Source of the DNA: Octopus sinensis
Taxonomy: Eukaryota
Length of the DNA: 64,000 bases
Assembly: GCF_006345805.1 (NCBI RefSeq)
Contig: NC_042997.1
Span: 29,140,001 to 29,204,000, forward strand
Direction: 5' to 3'
The notes beneath the pieces are model-generated. The model was not told where the DNA came from. It saw only the letters and a list, made by a program, of their open reading frames with translations, and made no database searches. Below are positions 25,545-38,044 of the stretch, piece after piece. The position numbers and the translations under genes were made by a program. The number at the start of each line of letters is the position of its first letter. The first letter of the stretch is position 1.

Positions 25545-25586
<42 letters not shown>

Positions 25587-26692
25587 ATATATATTATATA
25601 TATATACATACATATGCATATATATATACATATATGTATATATGTACATAAATATATATATATATATGCGTGTGTGCGTATGAGTATGTATGTATGTATA
25701 TATGTATATATATATATATATTTATACAGTTGCAGTTTTCAGCACCTGCTGAAACATCAGTAGTTGGGGAGGTATTGGAAGTAAAGTGTCATTGTTAAAT
25801 ATCAGTAAGAATGAGAAAGGGCTCAAGATATACCGAGCGAGGTCGGTCTGTGGAAAAGATTGGGCACAGATGCAGCGCACAGGGATAAAACCTTGTGAGA
25901 CGCAGGATAAATCCAGGCAGGAAGCACCCCACAAGACTGGAAGGACTGGAAGGACTGTGTCCATTTAAAGGAAAAAATTATGTATTTTGTATTAATTTTT
26001 TTTTTCTGAACAAATTTTTGGCGCTGGCTACTTGATAAATTCTTATGTAGATTTTATCCTTATATATTATTGAAAATTAAACCGGAATCTATTAGGTGAT
26101 GAATTATTCCTACTATATACGTGTACGCCATGTAATTTGAGAAACCCACCTTTTACATAGATATGTAATTGTGAGCTTTCGTATATGCTATGTTGGATAC
26201 GTTTGCTGTTCGGTTGGTATGTACAGATGTTCATTTTTATGTCTTCTGGTTATATTTCCATTGATTGCAAAGTGCATTATGTACGCTAACCATGGAATCA
26301 TTAATAAATTGCGACTAAATCTGTTTTAAAAAGATAGTCTCCATGTTGCATTCCCCCGCTTCCGGTGCCGTGTATATTTGATAAAGCAGTTTGACTTCAC
26401 TTCTATCCTCCAACTGATAAATTGAATTATGGACTTCACTAAAACGTAAGACTATTGAATTAACGAACAATTTTCCCTTTTTTCCTTGCTTTTCCTCACA
26501 TTTTCTTTCTATTCTCCTTCTACTTATCTCTGCCATATAATCGTTCCGATGATATCAATCAATTGCAACGAGGTAGGGGCAAATTTACCCCAGTTTGATA
26601 TACTGAAACAACTGTGAACATACTCTCATCTAAAATAATGCCTTTATAACACCATCATTCCTCTTTTCACTGTTTATTGCTCCATTTATCGT

Positions 26693-26746
<54 letters not shown>

Positions 26747-26841
26747 TATACATGTACACCTGCATGTGTCAACATGTGCGTATGTGTGGATATGTGTGGA
26801 TATATGTACATATATGTATATATATATATATATATTATATA

Positions 26842-26895
<54 letters not shown>

Positions 26896-27079
26896 CTGTA
26901 TAAGTGTCTGTATGTGTATATATAGGTTATATATGTATATATACATGTATACGTGAGTGTAGGTATGAATATATGTACGCGTATCTATATGTAAGTGTAT
27001 AAATATTTGCACTTGTCCTTTTTATATTTTCTCTTATTTTCTGGGTTTTTTTATCGTGATTTTCCCATCTTTTTTTTTC

Positions 27080-27815
27080 ATTTGCAACAGTATATATAAA
27101 TGCATACACGAATCTGAAATAACTAACCACTCTTATATTCGAGATTTAAACTTTCGAATCAATACTGCAGGAATCACCCAAATAAAAAACGCTTTTACAA
27201 TCACATCCAACTTCATCACCACGTTTCATAAATTAGTAAATTATATATATATATATACATATATATATATACATATACATATATCACTATTCTATTACAT
27301 CGCTTTTGCCCATATCCAGATTCTTCATTCTTTTTTGTATTTTAACATACATACCAGTGTTTTTTTTACATTTAAACAGAAAATATTTTTTCATGGAAAT
27401 CTACTTAGCATTATTTCCCCTTCACTAATTCTCTAATCTATAGATTTTAAACAATTTTTCTCTCCATTAATCTTTTTTCTATATCTAAACAAGAGTTAGT
27501 AGCTTTTCTTTCCCTCTACATTCTGTAATATTAACAACTTTTCCCCCTTTCTTACAATCGAATATAACATTATCCAGCCATTTTTATTAGCATTATTTCA
27601 CTATTATACTACTCCAATAAATTTTGTTACATACTTCTCGATTTTCTATCTACTTATATAAATAAATCTAATATAACCACACTTCCCATCCCAGGAACTT
27701 TTCATTTAGTAAACTGTTTCTTTTTCAATTTTTTACCACTTTCTACTCCAAATATTTTTTCATTGTACACCGCTCATAAATGTCAATCCAGATGTAAATT
27801 TAAATATAACTATGA
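27080..27815 (-). mobile_element. Highly decayed non-LTR retrotransposon 3-prime region (tentative)
   Basis: Stop-riddled protein-like frame (..KWLDNVIFDCKKGEKLLILQNV..) and shared sequence with the 24.2-kb segment; no diagnostic motif intact. Confidence 0.35.
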
Positions 27816-28708
27816 TGTCACACACTTTTGCTTTTTGTATATATACATATGAGCGTATGTATGTTTGTATATGTATGCATATATATGTGTGTGTGCGTGT
27901 GTGTGTTTTTTGCGTATATGTCACTATATCTGTGCGAGTATATTGAAATTTATATAATATAATTTTTCTTACTATATATACATATATGGTATGTGTTTCA
28001 TAATATTACCTATACTCATATAGAGAGAATGCTTCCTTAAATTTTCATACTTATATTTCAAAATGTTCGTTAGCCAAACCTGTTTTAGTTCCTACACAAC
28101 TAAACTCAAAAGTATATAACCATGTATTGTATATTTAATCGTTCACATATTTTATTAATATTCAAATGAGTTATCAGACACGGTCTCAATGCAGTATTCT
28201 GTAACAACATATTTCTTCTGTTAAAATTTTTCTGACGTTTTCTTTATTTTTTGCATTGACGGGAATGCTAATATATACTTAAATTAATTATAATTAATTT
28301 AATCTCTTCCATGTTTTTTAGATTTGGTATTAACTTGTGTGCATGGCTTAAAATTTTATGAAACTTTTAACCTCTTCTCCTCTCCATCTTTAATAATTTG
28401 TTGAGTTTATATAGGACTGTGTTCTATAAATGCTCATAATACATCTTATACTTGTAAAATTTTCACAATTTAAATAAAATACTTGCAATAGCAAGCTACA
28501 AATTTATTGGGTATCCAATATACCATTGGACACCCAATGTAAATCTCTTCTAATTGAACTCAACCTTTCTCACCATCATCACTACAAGAACTGGAGACTT
28601 GTTTTTCTGAAATGCACCATGAATGTTCAATAGTATTTAGATCTGGGGACTGTGGCGGCCAGATAAGACGTTCAAACTCACTAGAATGTTCCTCGTCCCA
28701 TATATATA

Positions 28709-29790
28709 CAGGGGTTGAACAAAATAATGGTAACGTTCAAATTTCAGACAAATTTATCTTAATATTGGATAGGACCGCATTTGGTAGTAATTACAGCGTG
28801 AATTCTACGAGGTATGGTCTCGTACAAAATTTGAATTGTTTCCATAGGAATTTTGTCTTTTCTTCAGCTAAAACAGCCTCCAGTTCTTCTAGTGATGATG
28901 GTGGAGGATATAAAATCGTTACTTGTTTTTCTAAAATGCACCATGAATGTTCAATAATATTGAGATCTGGGGACTGTGCTGGCCAGATAAGATGTTCAAC
29001 TTCATTAGAATGTTCCTCATGACATTCAGTAAGAAATTTCGCTCTGTGAATTGGTGCATTATGATCCTGAGATCGCGTTTCCCTCCGGAAACACTTCCGC
29101 AACCATAGGATGAATTTGATCAGATAAAGTGATTAAAACTTCTTGACTATTAATTTTGTCATGAAGGGAAACCATTGGCACGGTGAATTTTCAAAATATA
29201 GCCCCCATTCCAGATCATCACAGATCATCCGCCATGTTTAACAGTTGTAAGAAGGCAATGTGCATTAAATGTTTCTTTTGGCTGTCTTCACAAGTATACC
29301 CAGCCTGTGGTCGGATATAAGGTAGAGGATGACTCATTCGAAAAAATAACATTCTTCTACTGCGCTAGGGACCAATTCTGCAGGATTTTACACCACTCTA
29401 AACTCTTTGTAACGTTCGTTTTTGAAATTAATTCTTTTCGGACTGCAGCCCTCCTGTGAAATCCGGCTCTGTGCAGCTCCCGGCGGACTTTTTTTTAGGA
29501 AAGTAGGTTCTCGAGGTTGGCATTAAGCTCTGCAGTAATTATGGGAGCTGTACTATTGTTATCATTTCTAAAAATACGTGTAAGAGTCCGAATCTGAATA
29601 TTTTTGTTTTCTTCCGGAGTTTTGTTTCGACGAGTAGGTAATTCCCTCTTTCTCAAAGGCTGTCATTACTTTCGAGACAGTACTTATTGATACACCAAAC
29701 ATTTCGTCTGCTTTCGTTATGCTAGCGCCTGTCATACGAGCATCAACAATTTGACCTCTTTGAAAGTTTTAATGAATCTTAATGAAACAA
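28709..29790 (-). mobile_element. Tc1-family transposon relic
   Basis: TA|CAGGGGTTGAACAAAATAATGG terminus; FQRGQIVDARMTGAS, IFSNES, TTVKHGG, QDHNAPIHRAK, WPAQSPDLNIIEHSW; second TIR not found. Confidence 0.92.
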
Positions 29791-29997
29791 CAATTTTTGC
29801 AAACTATATTAAGCAACACTAATAATAAATATGTAAAAACAAATAGACTACAATAGACTACACGTGTTTTGTAGCTATATTTTCAAATCGATAACAATAA
29901 AATCATTTCAATTTATATATAATCACTTATCAGGTCTAAGATAACAACAATAGTATATTTAAATAAAGTTACGTATATAATTATAAGAATATATATA

Positions 29998-30059
<62 letters not shown>

Positions 30060-30146
30060 CGGTTAAGGTAGCAGTTTCTTGGCGAAGCAGTATATGTTTA
30101 TTGAAATGGATGAATGAATTATCTTGTTACGGATTAATGAATTATC

Positions 30147-30229
<83 letters not shown>

Positions 30230-31055
30230 ATATATATATATATATATTATATATATATATGTATATACATATATATATGTATATAACAAAATGCAATAAT
30301 ATATCTTAACATAAAAACATGAAATATCTTATTGAATATGTTATGTAACTAAATCATTAAACTTAATACGTACGACTTAGTGTTTATAATAAGTTTATCT
30401 CGTTAAATGTGGTGTGTAAATAGAACTAGAATAAATACAGAAATAAAATATTTATTTTATCTATGAAAATATATTTAACTTATACAAGAAATAATAACAA
30501 ACTATTATTACTGGAAAATGAAAATAGAAGTAATTAAAACAAAATATTTAAAACAAATATATATATATATATATATATATACATAATATATATTAAATGA
30601 AGCTAAAATACTATAATTTAATCTATATCCATTAAATTATGCATTTATATCTTTATTTAATAAACATCTATGTTTAATCTTAATCTAATTATGTAATATA
30701 TGCTAAAAAAAACTTCATGCCAACTTACGTACATAATACTACTGCACACTAAAACAAAGAGAATTGAGAATATAAAATGGTTCAAATATATACACACGAT
30801 ATTAATAACAAAATGTAAGAACAAAAGACTGAGACGTCGGTAGCAGCAGTAGGGAAGTTTCAATTTATGTCATAAATTACAACAAACAGTAAAAGGCTGT
30901 CATTATAGTAGTCGGAGTTTCGAATGCAGGAACTACAAGAATGTATCGAAGCTCTTCGCTCCGGCATTCAAAACTCCGAGTACGATTGTGACAAACTTTT
31001 ACTGCGTTCTACTTTATAACATATGTATGGGTGTGTGTGTGTGTGTGTGTGTATG

Positions 31056-31112
<57 letters not shown>

Positions 31113-31656
31113 AATTGAATACGTTAGAGTCAAAAGAAGGAGTACGGTTGAATAGTCATCTTTTTAATCAAAACACATTTCCATACAACGTAGTTCTTCA
31201 TATACGAGATTTATTTGATTATGCAACGGTGTACTTTATCATGGTATCCAGCTGTATCTCTTGAGGTCGTATTCAATTGCTGTACCCGTTAGTTACAAAG
31301 CCTTCGATTTCGATGCTAACACATCCATCTGCCTTGTTTTAATTTAGTAGGCCCTGGCAGCTTCATTTTGCTTGGTGTAAACGTGATTGTGCGTGCTTCT
31401 TGTAACTGGTATTGGATGTATTGGCTATTTATTTTGTCCCTTACCTTAGGCTACACAAGGGAAATTTTAGTATCCAGCCTTAAGTATTCTTTGGTTCAGA
31501 GGCACATATTGCCTCTCATATATGTGTATATTCATGTATACATGCCCATATACACATGCAGAGGCATTGAAATATACATTCATACATATACAATCAAATA
31601 GATACGTATGTATCTCTGGGCAACCCCTTATATAAATATATATATATATATGAAGT

Positions 31657-31922
31657 AGAGGCGCAATGTCCCAGTGGTTTGGGCAACGGACTCGCGGTTT
31701 CGATTCCCAGACCGGGCTTTGTGCGAAAACACCTAAAGCTCCACGTGCTTCGAGAGGGGGAGATGGCGATCCCTGCAGAACTCTTTCGCTACACCATTCT
31801 CTCACTCTTTCCTCTGTTGGCCTGTGGAGTGGCGTTATTTGAAGGCTAAAAGAATGCGAAGCACATTGTGACCAGCGATGTTTAGCAACATCTGATAGCC
31901 TGGTCGGTTACGGAGATCACGT
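31657..31922 (+). mobile_element. tRNA-SINE family 3, internally deleted
   Basis: Homologous to 11266-11540. Confidence 0.85.
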
Positions 31923-31970
31923 TGATATATATATATATATATATGAATTATATATATATATATATATATG

Positions 31971-32001
<31 letters not shown>

Positions 32002-32006
32002 CGTAT

Positions 32007-32660
32007 AATGACAATAATGGTTTTGGCTTATATTAACTATTTGTATATACATTAGCAAATCGCTTATTCATGCATAGGTTTCTATGGTGTAAACATATAT
32101 ACTGGCAGTGATTTTTGCATGGAATCAGCCGAGTCCAGCAATTCCACTGAAGAGGCTACGGCGAAAAACCGAAATTGACCAAGCCGTATGGGGATATCTC
32201 GACCGCTGCTTCCGGGCAATTACGGTCCCTGTTATTATGTTTGTATATGATTATGTTTTAGCGCTTATTTCCAGCAATGTAAGTGTTTTTAACACCCTTC
32301 GTCATATTTAATGACAATTATCGTTTTCCATTTTAATAAAACGTTGCACACGGTTGACTGAATTAATTATTTGTGTACACGTTAAGGACTCATTAAATCA
32401 CCCATAGATTTATCTGGTGTAAACATTTATACCGGCGATCATTTTCGTCCGTAATCAGCCAACTGGAGACCACCCCACTGAAGAGGCTACGACAAAAAGC
32501 CATACTTGGTCGATAAGTCTGGGGATATTTCGACCGTTTATTCCTGGCTATTACGGTTCCTTTTAGTATGTATAAAATCATGTTACTTTGACTGCATCAT
32601 TAGAGTGTTTTAGTGCTTATTTCTAGCAATGAAGGTGTTCCTAACACCCTTAGTGCAAAT
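32007..32660 (+). repeat. Old diverged tandem dimer (~330-bp period), each unit with a hammerhead remnant
   Basis: Shared anchors aatgacaat, tggtgtaaacat, aatcagcc, ccactgaagaggctacg, ggggatat.tcgaccg, gcttattt..agcaatg, aacaccctt; cores at 32147 and 32478. Confidence 0.8.
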
Positions 32661-33800
32661 CTGAGTTTCTAATATAATCACAAAATATCATCAATGCAGT
32701 TAATTAATGGCGTTATATTTAGTTACTCTTTCTATTCAAAGAGTGTGATGACGATGAGAAAGTATGATAAAAGTGAGGATGGAATAGGATAGAAAATGTC
32801 AAGAGAAAGAAAGCGAAATTGAGGAAATTAACAGTAGACGTTGAAGTAGCAGGGTTGTTCAATTAGGGATTAACAAAAGGACAACGTGAAAACAAAATGT
32901 AGGATAGAATAATATGAGAATCTTATAGATGGGTGAAGATCTGGCGGATACGAATACGGAATTAAAATTACTGAAAAACTATGGTACTGTTTTAGAAAAA
33001 ATGTCTGCATTTCAAAAGAATAAAATAACATAATAAAAATAAATAAAATAAGATCAAAATGAAGACAAAATAAAAGGACAATTGAAAAATAATATTTGTG
33101 GGGATATCAGTTATGTAGGTATATATTGAAGAATATGTTGGAAAAATACTAGAACATTATGCCTAATTTTGTTTACTGATTCTAATTTCCTTCTCATTAT
33201 ATGGCAGTGGATAATGCTCAACACTTAAGACAATTTGAGGCAAAAGAAATAGAGCTTATTTTGAAAGTAATAAGTGATGTGTTTACTGGTATATCTACTT
33301 TGGTTGAATAGATCTTTTGCATGTCAAATATATCAAGTTAGGATATAGATGACAACTATATGACAACGCCTCATATAAGTAAGAAAGCCAGGAAACATTT
33401 ATTCATTTCATTCTTTAAAATTTTCCTTTTAATCTGAATTCACTGGTGTGAGTAAGATGTGTGGTTTGGACAGAAGAATTTGCCGATGGCAACCTTGACA
33501 ATCTTTTCTGCTATATACGATCCGTAAATTCTCTGTTCACAGTACATATTATTCTGCATGATTTTTGGCTCTTTCTTACTTTATTTAAAATAAAGAAGAA
33601 CATGTCGATAATGTTCGTTTTGGTTTTCCATTTTCAGTAGGCTCCCAGACATAGAAAATAAATCCGGGTCATCGCCAGTTCGCATCGAACTACATAACCT
33701 GTTAAGTATCTCACGAGTACATATGTACGTGGAGAGAGAGAGAGAGAGAGAGAGTTAAGCAGAAAGATAGATAGATGGATGCATATACGCATATACATGC

Positions 33801-33855
<55 letters not shown>

Positions 33856-33963
33856 GTATAAATGTATATATATACATATATATACATATATATATGTGTA
33901 TATATATATATAATTATATATATATAATATATATATATGTGTGTGTGTGTATATATATATATA

Positions 33964-34288
33964 TCTCTATATATAAACGGCAGTTTGTCTGTGCGTGTTT
34001 CTGTGTGTCTGTTTGCTTGTACCCTCACCCTGACCACGGCTTTCAACCGATTCTGATGAAACTTGACACACACATAGCCCAATGTCATAATTCAAAACTA
34101 ACGCAGCGAAAATTTTGAAAAGTTCCCCCAGTTCTGAAAAAAATCGATAAATTCGACATGGAGTCCACCTTTTTTAACTAAAATAAAAATTTACCATCAT
34201 TTTTTTCCATGTTTTTGCTATAACTCTCTAGAAATGCTTTATAGTTATTTCCCTTACAAACCTGAGCAACGCCGGGCGATACTGCTAG
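33964..34288 (+). mobile_element. Non-autonomous Helitron (325 bp)
   Basis: 5-prime TC (a|TCTCTATATATAAAC), 3-prime GC-rich hairpin cctgagcaacgccggg followed by CTAG|t; inserted in (TA)n. Confidence 0.88.
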
Positions 34289-34308
34289 TATATATATATA
34301 TGTGTGTG

Positions 34309-34385
<77 letters not shown>

Positions 34386-35894
34386 AATATTTGTGTGTGT
34401 ATATGTATATGTCTATACATACATACATATCTATGTATGCGTGTATGTAAGTATTTATGCTTGTATTTGTGAGCGTGTCGTGTACATATGGCAGTGCATT
34501 GAAGACATGATCGTTTTCTTCGGATAATACGTCCTTCACTAAACAAGATGGTCTGTGTTTGAGCTAAGGATATTATTAAATTAATCATTTTATATTTTTC
34601 CCAGTATACTCACATAAAAATACATACCACTCGTATTTTGTCGGAGCTCTGTCTCGCTTTTACCTGTTGAAACCCAAAATATTCCACTGGATCAAGTGTC
34701 AGATTGTCTTACGTATTACGGTCTGCCGGCGAAATCATTAACATCTAAAGTATTAGCGAAAGCGTGGTACGTTTAACAATCATATTCACAAATATATACA
34801 TGATCCCCATATGTGTGTGTGCATGTATGGATGTGTGTGTGTGTGTGTGTGTGTGTGTTTATGAGTACATGTGTGTGTGTGTTATATATGTATGTATTCA
34901 TGTATGCATTAGTTCTTTATCGGTCTCCAATACAACTAAATGAAGGCTACATCTATCCATTCATGATTACACATTTTCTTTTGTGTAGATTTTTAAAATA
35001 TTCCGTTTTTATGCTGTACAGTGAGGAATGAATTACTGAAAATATATTAAATAACATAATAATTACCAAATACGGATTCATTCATTGAGTATATTAAATA
35101 TATATTTAAGAAACATACATATATATATTTAATGGTGATATACTTAAAGAATATATAAATCATGACATTTGAAACTGCGTAGTATCATTTTAATGCAATT
35201 ATTTATTTACCGAGACATTTAAAACCACTACTTACATAATACATACACACACATAAATAGATGACTGGATAGATGCATACATGCGTATGTGTGTATATGT
35301 ATATATATATATGGATATGTTTATATACATATAAAATTATTTCACATCAATATGAACTACTCACACACACAGACACACGCACACACATATATATACTGAT
35401 ATGTGTGTGTTCATGTGTGCGTGTATGTAAGTGTGTTTGCATGTATATAATTTTTTAAACGATTTTATCTCTAATATGAACTCAAGACATTTGATCAAAT
35501 TGAGAAGAGAAGCACATATATGGCGTAGGGAAATACAGTTCATCGTGATTAATTACCGGAACACATCAGTGATTGTATAAAAGCATAAATATATGCAGAA
35601 CCGTGCAAAATTCTTCGTCCTCTTTAAACAACTGTAAATTTCTACTAATTGCCAAGTTATCAGCGGATGTTTCGCATTGCGTTTTTTACAGATGGACTAT
35701 AAGCCCTGCTGGAGTCATTTCCATACTTAATCATTATATTTTATAGTAGGGTTCTGAAAGAGAGTGAAAGAAGCTAGACAAGCACAAAGAATGAGAATGC
35801 CACAGTTTCCTACCTCCTCACATATACCAATCAAGATATAGTGTTTTAAAACAGAAAATGTCTATAATGAAAATTTATTACATAAGAAGTTACT

Positions 35895-36340
35895 GTAGAT
35901 TGTTAATATTTCGTGTGGTTTCCCTTAGCTTCAATAATTGCTTGTACTGAATAATGGATTCTACTGACGAACTCTTCTCTTTTGTTTTGTTCACATTTGC
36001 TCTATGGTATTTAAGTCAGGGTTCTTAGCTGGTCAAACTTTCAATACCGTATTAGCTTTATCAGCCATATTCTGTTGTGTTGCGCACTATTTGTGGCATG
36101 GAATTCCGTCATGCTGAAAACCCTTCCCTTCAACCAAGTTTGGTATGAAATTATCGTTGAGTAACTAGATGTATTTGGCGCTATTCCCGTTACAGTCAAT
36201 TTTAACCAACTTTCTTGAACCATCTCTATTTATGTGTCCCCCAAAGCATCAGGCTCTTACCCTCCAAATTTTACTGTTACCGTCGTGTAACGTGGGTCAT
36301 TACGCTTTCTTTGAGGCCTTTTATTTTTGGTGTGGTAATG
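35895..36340 (-). mobile_element. Second Tc1 transposase remnant
   Basis: DPRYTTVTVKFG-GKSLMLWG, FQHDGIPCHK, PAKNPDLNTIEQM and C-terminal AIIEAKGNHTKY, with stops and frameshifts. Confidence 0.85.
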
Positions 36341-36881
36341 TAAATCTTTTGCAAATTGTATTATATTGTATTAAATACATTACACACCTTGTTGATAAAT
36401 GAAATGCATAATTCACTGACATAACTATATACTCTGAAGTAAGAACATTGAGAATTGATTTAATCTGCCATCTACCAAGAGGCTATATCTCGCTGAAAAC
36501 TATGAAAACAATTTTAAAACTTTTCAATTTCATCATAAGATTTAGAAATACAGATTCCCATAACGGTTATTCCTGACTAATAATGTTTACTTAACGTATT
36601 GCTACAAATCGTATATTTCACTTGTAATTCTTTGATAAATATATAAACAGACATGGCTTTTTATGAAGATTGAAAAGCTTCTAATAATCTAAAGGTGATT
36701 AGAGTAAACTTAAGATTCTCCAAATGATTAAGACATAAGTTCGATAGATCGAAAAAGGTTCTTAATGCAGTCTTTTTTAACCTTAAATTATGAAATATAA
36801 ACGAAGAGGCACCACTCATTTGTATAAATATTAATTCATGTACAGACATACTCACTCACACTCACACATCTATCTATCTAT

Positions 36882-37110
36882 AGGCGGCGAGCTGGCAGAC
36901 ACGTTAGTGCGCCGGGCGGAATGCTTATCGGTATTTCGGCTATCGTTACGTTCGGAGTTCAAATTCCGTCGAGGTCGACTTTGCCTTTCATCTTTTCGGG
37001 GTCGATAAATAAAAGTACCAGTTTCGCACTGGGGTCGATGTAATCGACTTAATCCGTTTGTCTGTCCTTGTTTGTCCTTTCTGAGTTAGCCCCTTGTGGG
37101 CAATAAAGAA
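36882..37110 (+). mobile_element. SINE family 1 followed by (CTAT)n
   Basis: aggcggcgagctggcagacacgttagtgcgccgggcg...; homologous to 952-1177. Confidence 0.9.
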
Positions 37111-37113
37111 ATA

Positions 37114-37202
<89 letters not shown>

Positions 37203-37689
37203 GTCTATCTATCTATCTCTATATATATCTATCTATCTCTGTGTGTGCATGTGTGTGTAGTATACTGTTCCGTGATGTTAAGACCCACCACAGAATAACT
37301 CCATCTGACGAGTGATAAATATTATTTAGAAAAGATAATATATGATTTTATGTGCTACCATTAGTTTTAGTTCCATGTGCTGAGAAAATGCCAGACCGTG
37401 TTTTTAAGATGTTCGGTGTCCTAGCGCAATAATCAGGCACTGCCTACATGGCATTACGTACGGAAAATTGAACGATAGGATCAGAGATGGACCAAGAAAA
37501 GGCGAGAAAGAAGTTGATATTAAAGTGGAGGTTTATATAAGTATATATATATAAACATACATAAAAATGTGTGTGCCTGTATGTGAATGTGTATCTGTGC
37601 GGAAAATTAAGTGCCTTCTAGTATAGCCTCGAGCATAACAAAGTACTGCTAGTAGATTTAATTAACAGAAACTATTTTCTAAACACAGA

Positions 37690-37914
37690 ACGGCCTCGGT
37701 GGAATTTGAACTCAAAACGTACAGACGGACGGAATGCTGCCATGCATGTCACCCGGCTTTCAAACGATTCTGCCTGCAGGCATGGCTGTGTGGTAAGATG
37801 ATTGCTTCCCTGCTATATTGTTTCGGGTTCAGTCCCACTGCGTAGAAGCTTGGACATCTATTTTCTACTAAGCCCTCGGTTGACCAATTAGACGGAAACT
37901 GAAAGAAGGCCGTC

Positions 37915-37915
<1 letters not shown>
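37690..37915. mobile_element. Adjacent SINE fragments (family 1 minus strand, family 2 plus strand)
   Basis: ctcggtggaatttgaactcaaaacgt (reverse family 1), then catggctgtgtggtaag...gacggaaactgaaagaaggccgtcg. Confidence 0.7.
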
Positions 37916-37978
<63 letters not shown>

Positions 37979-37980
37979 AT

Positions 37981-38035
<55 letters not shown>

Positions 38036-38044
38036 AAGAGAGAG

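Noticed and set aside
25722-25968. GC-richer island with short ORFs on both strands
   Set aside because: No recognisable domain and no convincing splice donor; left unassigned
26315-26560. 73-aa minus-strand ORF MAEISRRRIERK..
   Set aside because: Upstream stops in all frames examined, no splice pair and no motif; possibly decayed transposon sequence
33208-33295. Plus-strand exon-like frame DNAQHLRQFEAKEIELILK
   Set aside because: Short, weak donor, no homology recognised
34050-34075. CTGATGA in the Helitron
   Set aside because: No stem II, GAAA or stem I arrangement; ordinary Helitron subterminal sequence
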